Source: Camelus ferus
Taxonomy: Eukaryota
Reading direction: 5' to 3'
Length of the DNA: 64,000 nucleotides
Assembly: GCF_009834535.1 (NCBI RefSeq)
Contig: NC_045707.1
Coordinates: forward strand, 45,572,001 to 45,636,000
A model generated the notes under the pieces. It had not been told where the DNA came from. It saw nothing but the letters and a program-made list of their open reading frames with translations, and made no database searches. This document shows positions 37,346 to 50,132 of the stretch, piece by piece; within the stretch, counting starts at the first letter, position 1; each line of letters begins with the position of its first letter. The translations under genes were made by a program, and so were the position numbers.

Positions 37346-39072
37346 AGGATAATGGAGCATATTAATCACTGATACCTAACTTTTGCCATTAGCAGCTATT
37401 GTTGAAAGTTAGTTCTTATAAAATACTGTATTTGATGGGATTTTGAACTTCAGGAAATTTTGAGGGAAAAGAAATGAAATCTGTACAGATGTGGATGTGA
37501 GAGCTGGAACTGGTGTCTATATTCAGCATACCTTGTACTGAAATTTAAGAAATTGGTGGGGTAAGGAGATGTCACTGATTTCTAGTAGATTTTACCAAAA
37601 AAGAGGTGAGAAGGAACCTAAAACCAACTTGCCCTTTGCAGATTTCTCAGGGGCCTGGAGGTGGCACCTGCAAGTACCATTGAAATTCATACTGTGTTGC
37701 TGTCCTAAAAAATGTAAAGCTTTGATCATGCTACATACAATGTTCTGAGTGTTCTGTAATTAGATCCCCACCTGCCACCTACAATTTGTATTCAATTTAT
37801 GTTAAGTCAATGGAAAAAATATTTTATGATTCACTACTTTTTGACTAGATTTCAGTTGACTGGTTTTAGGAACATGTACCAGATGTGTTCCTTTAACTGA
37901 TAAAGGAACAAGCTTCTGGGTGAAAAATCACATTTGTTTTTATTATATTGGGTTTTTTTTTTGTTTTTTTTTTTTGTTTTTTTTTTTGGTGTGCAGGTTT
38001 GTTTTTTAGAATAATCTTCCAATTTCAGATAATGCTTAAGCCTGCCAGAATGTAAAAGTTCATTATATTGCCACCACCTACTTTATATTTTTCCTCTTTT
38101 CTCTTTATTTGCTTATACATCTTTGCACATTCCTGAGAGTCTATTCAAACACAAAAGCATTATCTCCTTCTGTCTCTCTCCTTAAGGCAAATTGTCAATC
38201 AAATCAGAGTATGCTACAGAGCCATTATTAAAGGTCATTATTGATTTACTAATGGAAAGCCAAATTTCAAGTCATAATTAATTAGAATATTTAATATTAT
38301 TTATTTAAATAGAATATAGTATTGATTTATTCACTATAGCTATGTGTTAGATAAATACTGTTTACTGAGTGTTTACTATATACCAGACAAATATTTTGTT
38401 ACCTCAGTTCTTCAGCAGTTCAGTGAAGGTGGTATGATTTTCATGGTTTTACAAAGGAAGTTTAGAGAAGTTAAAATATTTGCTCAAATCAGACATATAA
38501 CAGTATGTGGAGAGGTAGCATTCAAACCTAAGTTTTCTACTTCACAACCCATGCTGTTAACTACAGTTATGCTTTAGTAAAAACTCCACATAAGGCTCTC
38601 AGAATGTAGACATTAATGAGATATATTTGGGTCTTGCCAGTCCCAATTTTTAAGAAAAGGAATATAGTTTTCTAAACTGCCCTCAGACTGTTGGGTAAAA
38701 GGAATATAAAAAGTGGTCAGTACCCATTCTTCACCAGATGGTGGCATAAAACTAAAAACAAAGTTTTTAAACGGAACCATCAGAAAAAGTAAAGTGCATG
38801 TTCTTTCAGAGGAAGGTGGATGAGAGATTAGTGAAGTCAACAGTAAATGGAAAGTGAGAGCTGCCTATGTATTATGACAGGCAGCCCAGATATTGGGAGC
38901 AGAGGGAACAAACTTATAAAATTATTCCTGAAAAAATACCTTAAAAGAAAAATATTGGCTTCTTGTTTTTCTTTTATTAAAAATTGACATTGTTCTGCTC
39001 AGTTTTCAGATGCTTCAAGTGCTGTGAACAGAGACTTGTTTGGATTATGTGTTTCTCAGCTAGACTAAATAA

Positions 39073-40494
39073 ATGCTAACAATGGATAAATGCAAACACA
39101 TTGGGCAGTTGAGGCTTGCTCAAGACCATTCCATCCTCAACCCTCAGAAATGGCATTGTGTGGACTGTAATACAAGTGAATCAATTTGGGCTTGCCTTAG
39201 CTGTTCCCATGTTGCCTGTGGAAGATATATTGAAGAACATGCACTCAGGCACTTTCAAGAAAGCAGTCATCCTGTTGCATTGGAGGTGAATGAGATGTAT
39301 GTTTTTTGTTATCTTTGTGATGATTATGTTCTTAATGATAATGCAACTGGAGACCTGAAATTACTACGAAGTACATTAAGTGCAATCAAAAGTCAAAATT
39401 ATCACTGCACCACTCGTAGTGGAAGGATTTTACAGTCTATGGGTACAAGTGATGATTCTTATTTCTTACATGATGGTGCCCAATCTCTGCTTCAAAATGA
39501 AGATCAAATGTATACTGCTCTTTGGCACAGGAGAAGGATACTAATGGGTAAAATCTTTCGAATTTGGTTTGAACAGTCACCCATTGGAAGAAAAAGGCAT
39601 GAAGAACAGTTTCAGGAAAAAATAGCAAAAAGAGAAGTGAAGAAAAGACGGCAAGAATTAGAGCAACAAGTTAAAGCAGAATTGGAAAGTATGCCTCCGA
39701 GAAAGAGTTTACGTTTGCAAGGTCTAGCTCAGTCCACCACAATAGAAATAGTTCCTGTTCACATACCATTACAAACCTCAGAATCACCAGCAAAAGATAC
39801 AGTATCTACCTCAGAAGATGTAAGATTAAAAAAAGCCAGTGACTCCTCTGTTAAAAGAAGGCCAATAGTAACTCCTGGTGTAACAGGATTGAGAAATTTG
39901 GGAAATACTTGCTATATGAATTCTGTTCTTCAAGTATTGAGTCATTTACTTATTTTTCGACAGTGTTTTTTAAAACTTGATCTGAACCGATGGCTGGCTG
40001 TGACAGCTAGTGATAAAACAAGATCATCTTACAAGCATCCTCCAGTCACAGATACAGTATATCAAATGAATGAATACCAAGAAAAAGAAACAGGCTCTGT
40101 TCGCTCCAGACATCCAAGTTTATCATCAGGACTAAGTGGTGGGGCATCAAAGAGTAGAAAGATGGAACTTATTCAGCCTAGGGAGCCAAGTTCACAATAC
40201 ATTTCTCTTTGTCATGAACTGCATACTTTGTTTCAAGTCATGTGGTCTGGAAAGTGGGCCTTGGTCTCACCATTTGCGATGCTACATTCAGTATGGAGAC
40301 TAATTCCTGCTTTTCGTGGTTATGCCCAACAAGATGCTCAGGAATTTCTTTGTGAACTTCTGGATAAAATACAACATGAACTAGAGACAACTGGTACCAG
40401 GTTACTGGCTCTTATCCCCACTTCTCAAAGGAAACTTATCAAACAGGTTCTGAACGTTGTGAATAATATTTTTCATGGACAGCTTCTTAGTCAG
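39073..40494 (+). CDS. USP44: Ubiquitin-specific peptidase 44, coding exon 1 (ZnF-UBP, basic linker, Cys box)
   Basis: MLTMDKCKH...WHCVDC...[23 protein letters not shown] (ZnF-UBP), [18 protein letters not shown] (catalytic Cys codon 39910-39912, residue 280), QQDAQEFL. Acceptor AG at 39001-39002 or 39008-39009; donor CAG|GTATGG at 40494; 474 codons. Confidence 0.97.
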
Positions 40495-42748
40495 GTATGG
40501 AGTTTTTCAATCTTATTTTCATCTTGGCGAATTCATAAAGTGAAGCCTAAAAATGTGATTTCATCTAGAATGATCCTGAGTGGTTTCCCTTTAATTAGAG
40601 CTGTAAAGTTTTCCTCGTGAAAATCACAAAATGAATGAATCTCTAGAATGAGTGGACTTGTTGGTGGACTGTTATTAGACACGGGCGCTCTATTTTTCCA
40701 GAGCATAGAGCTTTAAAAAAAATTTTTTTAACTGAGATAATTGGGCTATACTTCCTCCTGTCCACTTGCCTCTGTTCCTCAGTTCAACTTTCATGGTAGT
40801 AATAGTACCTTTTGTTTTTATAGTTTATTTTTCTGGAATTTAGTTTAAATATTTCAAATGTGTTTCTTAGGGAATATCTATGAAGTTTATTTCACTTGCT
40901 ATTTCAGAAATATATAGATACTACATTGTGTCAGTTAGCAAATAAGAGTTGTGCTTGTGTTGAATGCAGTTTTATTTTCTACCATCTTTGTCATTTCTGA
41001 GTTTTTATGCAAAAGTTTAAAATACATGTTTATAAATAAAAGTAATATATATTCATGGAAAACCTATATGATATAGTAAATCTATGCAGAAGAAAAGAAA
41101 AATCATGTCTTAATCCCATAACTCCACACAACCCACACATTAGACTAGTAATATTTTGGTGTATTTCCACCTAGTTTTTTTTCCTCTTCGAAATATTTAT
41201 ACATATTTTTCTCCTAACTGTGTGATCATGTTTAATTCAGCTGCTTTTTTCATTTTTTTCATTTAATAATGTAGAGATTGTTCATAGTCATTAAAATATT
41301 TGATCATTCTTTTCACAACATTTCAATCTCCATCATATGTATATACCATAATTTATTTAACCATTCCCCTATTATTTTTACATTATTATAATGTCACAAT
41401 CAATTAATATATTTTTCCTAATGATTTCCTTAAGATGGAGTCCTAGAAGTAGAATTACTTTGTCAAAGGGTTGGACTTTTGATACTTAGTTACAAAATTC
41501 TTTCCAGAACATTACTATTTTATATTTTGAATAGTGTGAGAGTGGCTAAGTGCTTTTTTTTTCCTTTATGGATGAATTTTGAAATTAATAAAAATTATTA
41601 GGCAAGCTTTTTGCTCTCTTCTCTTCAAATGTGTAATAAACTCTGAGGAAACTGGTCATCTCAGAAGATTCAGAGATTGGTTTGCTGAAATGGCTTTTTT
41701 TTTTCCCCTAATTCAAGGAACTGTTCTCAAAAGGTCAAACCATGGCCTACTGAGTCCCCAAACAAAACACTAGGGATATTCCCCTTTTCTTTCTGTCAGT
41801 TTCTTAAATCTAAAACCTGTATCAGAGAAGATAGTTTTATTTTGTTGTCAGTTCCAGGAATATAGTTTATATGAAAGAGTTTAGTAATATTTCATATCAT
41901 GTGTAGATTATTTGATCTGTAGAGTTTGTCTTCAAGTATGAGCAGTGTTTGTTGGCATTAAATCCTGCCAAATGCTTCACTGAAGGTATTATTGTTTCCC
42001 TTTCTAGTTACTATATTCCCTATATAAGTTATTAGAAATGCCCCATATTCTTTGTGGTTCCTGAATTTTGATAAGGGTATTAATGTAGTGATGTTTGCTT
42101 TAAGCAGGAGCATTTTTGTTATATGTTATTTATGTTATATGTACTGTCTTTTTACATTTTCAGTTGGTAGGGCTTCAAAATCTGTATATACTAATATACT
42201 GTATATAAAAAGATACTGTATTTTAATATCTATATATAAAAAAGACTAATAATACTTTACTTGTGTCATGGTTAAGAGGTTGTAAGGATTAGGGGAGAGG
42301 AAATCTGAAAGATGAGGAAGGAAAAAGGGCAAAGAAACTTAAGTCTAATAATCTAAACACATTAAATTAAATGCACATAAATATATCACATATATCATAT
42401 ATGTGTATACACACATATATATACACACATAATGTATATCTAATTAAATGAATCCAGTTTGGGGTTTTTTTTGTTGTTTTTTTTTTTTTTACAAAATTCA
42501 GGCTTGACTAATGCCCTTGGAGCTTTTCAAATGTCAAGTAGTTAAAGCCCATCAATGCGTAACGAGCTTATGGAAGGAAAAATTATAATAATTTTTTAAA
42601 TTCCTTGAAAATAATATAAAGCAGATCGTCCAGAATTCTGATGATGCATTTCCAGAAGAAAAGCTTATTTACTGGCACTTACTTCTAGAAAGGGGTAAAT
42701 GTTTTGACAGAGGACTATAATCTAAGAAACTAATATTTTTATTTGCAG

Positions 42749-42944
42749 GTTACATGTCTTGCATGTGACAACAAATCAAATACCATAGAACCTTTCTGGG
42801 ACTTGTCACTGGAATTTCCAGAAAGATACCAATGCAGTGGAAAAGATACTGCTTCCCAGCCATGTCTGGTTACTGAAATGTTGGCCAAATTCACAGAAAC
42901 CGAAGCTTTAGAAGGAAGAATCTACATATGTGACCAGTGTAATT
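42749..42944 (+). CDS. USP44: USP44 coding exon 2
   Basis: TTTGCAG|GTTACA acceptor; [24 protein letters not shown]...YICDQCN; donor T|GTAAGT; 196 nt, phase-compatible. Confidence 0.96.
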
Positions 42945-44219
42945 GTAAGTAGAGACTGTATATTCTCTTTGCTTTTCTAAGATTAGCAAAGAGAAACACA
43001 AAAGAGAGGAAGCTGGAAGAAATTCCTTAAGTAGCAGTTAGAGAAATAAACTTTGTTAGTTTATCAAAAGAAACTTGGCTAGGTATTTCTACTTTTTATT
43101 GGCAATTGTGAACTACATGGTTGTTTTGCCTTATGATGACATTAAACAAATTCTGATCCTATAGTCACTTGTGGAGAGAAAGGATTCATAAAGTAAGAAG
43201 TTTAAATTTAATACATGAGGGCAGGATAAAATAGCAAAGGGGAATAGTAAAAGAAAACCATGGTATTTAGTACCAAACGAAATTTTGCTTTGAGTCTTTT
43301 TGCTACATACCAAAACATTGATTTATGGATAATACATGTATATATGTATATACATACCTGTATAATAGGAAATAATATATATATAGCTGGACTGCTGCTA
43401 TGGATATTGGCTTCACAAAAACAAAGATTTATTCAAAAACCATCTACTGATTATCTCTTCTGTATTAGTCATTGTTCTAGTTGCTGTGGGCAGAAGTAAG
43501 ACACTTTCAAGATGCCCACATATACCTAATGGAGGAAACAGACAATTAAGATCTGCTATAATAAGCTTTCTAATAGAGGTGAGCACAGGAACCCAACACT
43601 GGGGGATAAAATGGCCATTTCAGTTACAGAGAAATGGCGTATAAAACCACATCAGATCTGCTGTGTCTTTATCTGATTTCTTTATCTCTGTCAATGTGTA
43701 CATGGCATTTTAGTGTTTATACTATATGTTTGCAGGTATTCTCCTTAATTTCTATGTCTGAAAAAAATGATTCTAGAAGTACATCAATTCATCATTCTAG
43801 AACAACTTATACTAACATTGTTTTCTGAGTGCTATCTAATGTGAACTGTTATAAAGAACCTAAGATTTATAAGGTTAGAAAAAAATAAACCTTTATTAAA
43901 TTTGTATGGTGAAGTTTTTTTTTCATGGACATAAATGTAACTGGTCTGAAATGCTTTCATCACCAAATCTGGGAATAGAAAGATACTATGAATAAATGCA
44001 GAATATGGTTTTAGAACACGTTTGGATGTGTCTCCTGGGTCCACCAAGTAAAGGCAGAAAAGAGCTGCTTTAATTTAATACATAAAGATAAATGTTTGGC
44101 ATTTACCATTGAGGATCGTTTGTGAACACCAAGTACTCTTTGGGCCAGGGTGCAGTTTGGGTCAGTTGGCTCTGACTTGCATCTATCTTTAAGAGTCCTT
44201 TGTTTAAAATAAAGTCTGG

Positions 44220-44370
44220 TGGGGAGGGTATGGTAGAGGGGAGCTGTGGTGGAGTGCCTGTTTAGCATACATGAAGTCCTGAGTTCAATCCCCAGTACCT
44301 CCATTAAAAATAAATAAGTAAATAAACCTCATTGCCTCCCTCCTCTCTCCCAAAAAAACAATAAAATAAA
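44220..44370 (+). mobile_element. tRNA-Ala-derived SINE (Vic-1-like), diverged 5' head
   Basis: TTAGCATACATGAAGTCCTGAGTTCAATCCCCAGTACCTCCATTAAAAATAAATAAG; AAAGTCT on both flanks. Confidence 0.85.
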
Positions 44371-45100
44371 AAGTCTAAGACGCCGAAAAAAAATGTTCAA
44401 AATTATAGTCCAAGGAGTTGACATCCTTTGTCTAGCTTCACTTGGACCATATATTCTGGGAGACAATCCAAAGGTAGGTCCCAAATGTTCAGCAGCAGCT
44501 GGATGTGTAGATTTCAGGGGCACAGACCTGGAGGAAAGGATTCTGGTGGTAAATGGAAATGGGTTAGAGGACAGCCTCATGGTGGTGATTATCCTTCCTA
44601 CATGAGAAGCAGCTGCTGCTATGTCTGGAGTCGCAGTGGATGTACAAGTTGAAGGACAGCTCCTGGACATCAAAAGCAAACTTTGGTAGCCGACTGCTCA
44701 GCCAGAAGGTGCAAGACAAGGTCCAAAGGTGGACCTCTAAAGGAGTAGAGGGTAAACAAAAAGAATCTTAAGTTCCATTTGTTTAAGATCTGGCAAGACA
44801 CTGAGGGAGGCCTCAGATGCAGAGCTAGTAAAGGCTTGCTTTTTCAGGTGGTAGCCAGTCCTAGGGTGGATCCCCAGAAAACGTGGAGTGGTGTTCTGCA
44901 CAGTAAGGACCCATGCCCCTGGGATCCTGATTAGCCTCAATAAATGAACTGACCATGAAACTTTTAAAAATAACAGCATATTAAAGTATGTTTAGGGAGA
45001 GTGTAACTTTTCCTGTTAGTTGGCATAGCCAAATCCATTTTAAAATATTAAGGCAACAGAATGTTATAGTGCTATATTTGCAGGATTATATTAAGTCATG

Positions 45101-45354
45101 TACAGTATACTGGAGGGATTGGTTCCAGGAGCCCCTGCTTATACCAAAATCTGCTGATGCTCAATCCCCTAGTAGGCCCTCCATACCTGTAGGTTTCACA
45201 TCTGTGGATTCAGCCAATTGCAGATAAATTTGGATCTGCAATTGGTTGAATCTGTGCAGGCAAAGCCTGTGGAAGGCCAACTGTATATTTATTGAAAAAA
45301 ATCCACATGTAAGTGGACCCATGTAGTTTAAACCTGTGTTCAAGGGTCACCTGT
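45101..45354 (+). mobile_element. Tigger-derived MITE (MER2-like head, MER8-like tail)
   Basis: GGGATTGGTTCCAGGAGCCCC...ATACCAAAATCTGCTGATGCTCAA head; GTAAGTGGACCCA...TTCAAGGGTCACCTG tail shared with the 7789 copy. Confidence 0.78.
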
Positions 45355-45529
45355 GCTGTGTGTTTATATAATTAGAAGTGTCTTGAGGGCAAGGCCATCT
45401 TTGTCTCTAGCACAGTACAATGCCTGTAACACAGTAGATGTTTAATATATAATACATGTCTGAATTACTTTTAAGAGTTTACTGAGCTTTTCATTAAATT
45501 TGATTCTCATTCTGTCTTTGATACCACAG

Positions 45530-45638
45530 CAAAGCGTAGAAGGTTTTCCTCAAAACCAGTTGTACTCACAGAAGCTCAAAAACAGCTTATGATTTGCCAC
45601 CTACCTCAGGTTCTCAGACTACATCTCAAACGATTCAG
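45530..45638 (+). CDS. USP44: USP44 coding exon 3
   Basis: CCACAG|CAAAG acceptor; [35 protein letters not shown]; donor AG|GTTAGT; 109 nt. Not in the ORF track; read by hand. Confidence 0.95.
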
Positions 45639-46699
45639 GTTAGTAGTAGTATAAACAACTGCCTACCACTATGCACTTCTAACTTGACATTCCTTGTGCT
45701 TGTACTTCAGAACTTAACACACGTGATGAATTAAATTTTAATACTTGGCTAGTAGATGATTTGTCTACTTTTTTTTTTTAAGGAAAAATTCTGTCATTGT
45801 CTCTAGCCTTGATCAGTAGACACCATGTTCAGTAACTTTCTGATTAGCTTCCCTTGTAGAATGCATTGCTGATTAGCAGACTCCTCATATTTTGTCTACT
45901 AGGTAATACTATTCTCCTTGTAAGTTTCTGTGAATAATATTCAATATTCAGCATGTTTTAGGTATAAAATTTTTTAATTTAAATCTTTATAGAGTATTTG
46001 GCCTAATTGCTTCATCCTTGGAAAATGTTTGAACAATGGTACAGCAGTTCAATCAAAGCAGTTAAAAAACAAAAACAAAATAGTTTCCAGAGATATATTT
46101 AGGTAAATTAGTTGGCAAATCTGTTGGTTAATCAAAAGCATATGGTTTCATACTTTGTAATAACCATGTTAACCCGAGAATTTGCTCTTTTAAGGAATGA
46201 GAAGTTACTTTATATGCTATGATTTGGAAACTACTGAGACCATGTTTCTTATACACAGGAGGTGTTTCTGGTTTCTTTCCCTTTTTTTTTTTTTAACTAA
46301 AAGAATACATGTTTTAAAAAAAAAATTCAAATATTACAGAAGGTAAAGTAAAAGCCCCCAAAAAGCACCTCTTTCCAGTCCCACTTCCCAGAGATAATCA
46401 CTGTTAATGGAAATAACTAAAGTTAGTTATTTAAGCTGTTACACAGTCAGCAAATATGGTGGTTTTTTTTTTTTATGTGAGTGCTTTTTAATACAAGATG
46501 TTGTTCCATATTCTTTGTGGAATATAAAGTAGGATCCTTTTCTCAAGAAGACTACAGTAAGGCATGCACAGAAATAATGGTGAAGTAGAAATACTAAGTA
46601 TCACAAACTATACAAATTGATTTATCAGAGCCTTGGCAGAGGGAGTTAGTTGATGTCTAAACATTCTGAAAGCCTCTCTAATAGCATAGGGGATTTTAT

Positions 46700-46965
46700 A
46701 TAATTCAGGTCACCTCTTGAGAGGGGACTTACCTGACCATCCTATTTAAAAATAGCACCACTCAACTCTCAGTGTCACATTACCTACCCTGTTTTTGCTT
46801 CATGGCAAAAACCACTATCTGCAATAAGTAGTTTATTTCTCTGCCCCTGCCAGTGAAACAAAAGCTCAGGAAAGACAGGGATCTTGTCTTTTTCACTCCT
46901 ACATTCCAAAGCCCAGGATGAGCTCTATACATAGTTGATGCCCCATAATATTATTTAAGTGACTG
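46700..46965 (+). mobile_element. LINE-2 3' end
   Basis: GTCACCTCTTGAGAGGGGACTTACCTGACCATCCTATTTAAAA...AAGCTCAGGAAAGACAGGGATCTTGTC. Confidence 0.7.
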
Positions 46966-48876
46966 AGGTGTATATAGGAGGAGCACTTTAGCCTAAGAGA
47001 GCTACATAAACGAAGGAACAGGGAAGGGCATATAACAAAAGGTTTAGTGAAAAATCAGGTGACACCTGTCATGGTGTTTTGATTTTTCAAGTGGAATGGA
47101 AACAGGAAGTTAGGAGGCTAATATTGTCCAGGGGCAGGGAACATGGAAAGGTGAGAATATGTATAAGATTCCATAAAGTTATCATAGAAAGGACTTAAAT
47201 TTTTATTACTTAAATTGGTATTTAATTTACTATAAACTACTGAAAAATCTATTCATAATTGCTGCTTTAATCTGCTATTTGAAGCTCTAATTCAAATTTA
47301 CTTGGCTCCCCTTCTGTCCAAAACATTTTTGGTGCTTCATGCCGTATTTCTGATTCAGAGACCATGTTTATGCTGCCTTTATCACATTTATCTTTCTCCT
47401 TTCTCTTTATGTCTTCAAAAAGTACTATTGCATTTGTCAGTGCATAAAATATATAGGGTATATAAAAGATAAAAGGGAGAGTGTGATGGGGGAGGGGCAC
47501 ACAGGAGCTTTGCAGCAGCATAAGAAAAAGGGAACATTTCTAATACCTTAAGAAGTTTCCCATGTATGCCTCCCAGTCTTACTCCTTCCCCCTCTCCTCA
47601 GAAGTAAACCATTATGAATTTTGGATATAGTGTTATCTTGTTCTTTATCATTTTACTGTATTTCTGTCAGCAGAAAAAAATGGGTATTCAGTTAATCAAC
47701 AGGAATATTTTCTAATTAGATAACTTACAAGTATTTATTTAGCATAGTTAAATAATTTAAGAGTTAAATTTTATGGTACAATAAAAGGGAGATAAAGTGA
47801 GAATGGTGAAACTTGTATCAAGCAAGTCCCATTATTTTACATCCTTGGTCTTCCATCTTTAAGATAAAGGTACACAGGATGCAGGATTTTTTTTATACAT
47901 TTAATAGGGAAAGACTGGGATATGACTTCTAATCAAGCAGATAACATAGTTTGCAAGTCTTATCTTTAGTTCGATACCATCTTATATTGTGCTAACAAGC
48001 AGTTTCACATTTTTTCGTTCTAAAAACTGTCTGCATGCTTTTCTCCCTTCTCTACCTGCTATTGTCTTTTAATCTCATGTTTTAATACTTAAACACTACC
48101 ATATTTTCATGTGTCTATCTTTTGTCTCTGCACTACACCACCCCAAATTGGACTATAATCTCTTGAAAGAACTACCATATATTACATTATTTTTGCTCCA
48201 TAGCACCAACTCCTGCTATGTGTATGATAAAACCATTGCTTGCCATGCTTGGATCCAGTACTGGGAAGCATGACCAACAGATTGAGAGACAGTACAGGAG
48301 CATTATTTGAGGTCTGCCACTAATGGGTGTTATGCTGACTTACACACAGGGAAGGGTCAGTTTTTATTTTTAGTATGAAGAACTCTGAAATGTTCTGAGG
48401 AATTAGAGGTGCCTTGCTTTTTACTGCTTTTTCTCCACATCTGGCCAAGAAAGTCCAGACTATGTCTTCCAAGAATAAATTTTAGCTTCTGGGATAATCT
48501 CCTCAAGGTATTGACAAGACAGTAAAGAATTTAAAATCCATTTGGTGCCTTGAATTTATCTGTTTGAAGGGGGAATATGCCATAGGGCCATACTTTTCTG
48601 AAAGTTAATTTCCCCCCCTGTATTATCATCTAACTACAGAAGCCAAATATTTATTTTAAAATCTGACTGTACCTGTTTGGTAAATAAACCTAAATTTCTC
48701 TATTTATAGCAAACTCCAGCATTGAAAGGATTTTCTATTTACATTATTTATTATATATATACGTATGATTATATTCTATGCAATCTGAGGCCTTCTATTA
48801 TTATGACTGTTTGGACGTAGTACATGGTTATCTCCCCTGGATTTTTGTTGATAATTTTACTGTGGTTTGTTCATAG

Positions 48877-49082
48877 GTGGTCAGGACGTAATAATCGAGA
48901 GAAGATTGGTGTTCACGTTGGCTTTGAAGAGATCTTAAACATGGAGCCCTATTGCTGCAGGGAGTACCTGAAATCCCTCAGACCAGAATGTTTTATCTAT
49001 GACTTATCTGCTGTAGTAATGCACCATGGGAAAGGATTTGGCGCAGGACACTACACTGCCTACTGTTATAATTCTGAAGGAG
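48877..49082 (+). CDS. USP44: USP44 coding exon 4 (His box)
   Basis: TCATAG|G acceptor; [14 protein letters not shown]...[23 protein letters not shown] (catalytic His codon 49049-49051); donor G|GTATAG; 206 nt. Confidence 0.96.
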
Positions 49083-49932
49083 GTATAGATGAGAGAAAGT
49101 ATTTTACCTTGGGTTAGACTTGAAAGCCAGAGTTCACGATTTAGCAGTTTATAAATTGGCCACTAAATCATCTTAAGCAAAGCCACTTGACCTCGTTTTC
49201 TTTCTAGAAGAATGCTTCTGCAGTAGTATTCGTTAAAAACTAGGAGTTTTGTGCAGAAAATGAGATATTATGTTTTCTGCAGGATTGTAGTAGTTTTGAT
49301 TTTTAAGGGTTGTAAGGATAGGACAATAAGGATGGTCTCATTAACTAAAAGAAAATGCCAAAGGCACATTTCCAAGAATAGGTCCTCTGTTTACTGGTTT
49401 AATTCAGTTAATTTCGTTAAAGAACAGAGCATCAATGAATTGGGGGATCACAGATATTTGGAACAAACTTTGAGTTCAAGTTTTTACATAGAACATTTTC
49501 ACTTACTGCCTCATGGACCCTAGAAAAAAAGAGAGATGGACAAAAAGTCCAAATAACCCATGAAGGCAATTAATTTAACACTAAACTATTATGAGTTTGT
49601 TGTACACTATTCACATTATAGAATGATTTAGCAGCAAAAGCATTAATTGGTAAGATTTTACCAGGAATTAAAGATAGTGTCAAGTGAATTTATCAGATTC
49701 TATAACTTCGAATTACTTCTAGGATAAAGGTAGATAATTCCAGAGTAACATACTGCCCAAGCTACATTTTACATTAAAAGAAGTAAATTAGCTAGACAGT
49801 TACTCCCACCTTCAAAAAAAAAAACTTAGCTCTCACTGAAACTAATGTCTTTAAATCCATGTTTTAATTTACACTGGAAATTTCTTAAGTTCTTTTGTAA
49901 ACATTAAGGTCTGTTTCTGTGCTTTACTCTAG

Positions 49933-50132
49933 GGTTCTGGGTACACTGCAATGATTCCAAGCTAAGCATGTGCACTATGGATGAAGTATGCAAGGCCCAA
50001 GCTTATATCTTGTTTTATACCCAGCGAGTTACTGAGAATGGACATTCTAAACTCTTGCCTCCAGAACTCCTGTCTGGTAGTCAATATCCCAATGAAGAAG
50101 CTGATACCTCTTCTAATGAAATCCTTAGCTGA
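49933..50132 (+). CDS. USP44: USP44 last coding exon
   Basis: CTCTAG|GG acceptor; [31 protein letters not shown]...NEILS then TGA at 50130-50132. The five exons sum to 2133 nt = 710 aa plus stop. Confidence 0.96.

Noticed and set aside
37952..37987. Orphan poly(T)/poly(A) tracts (also ~23737, ~42465, ~58284)
   Set aside because: No attached retroelement body or TSD seen; simple repeats.
39073..40620. 515-aa ORF as a complete single-exon protein
   Set aside because: A donor at 40494 and four downstream phase-compatible exons complete the USP domain; the tail is intron read-through.
44590..44740. Faint resemblance of the intron-3 insert to PPP1R14-family or RRM proteins
   Set aside because: Similarity is short, needs frameshifts and is ambiguous; no gene name assigned.
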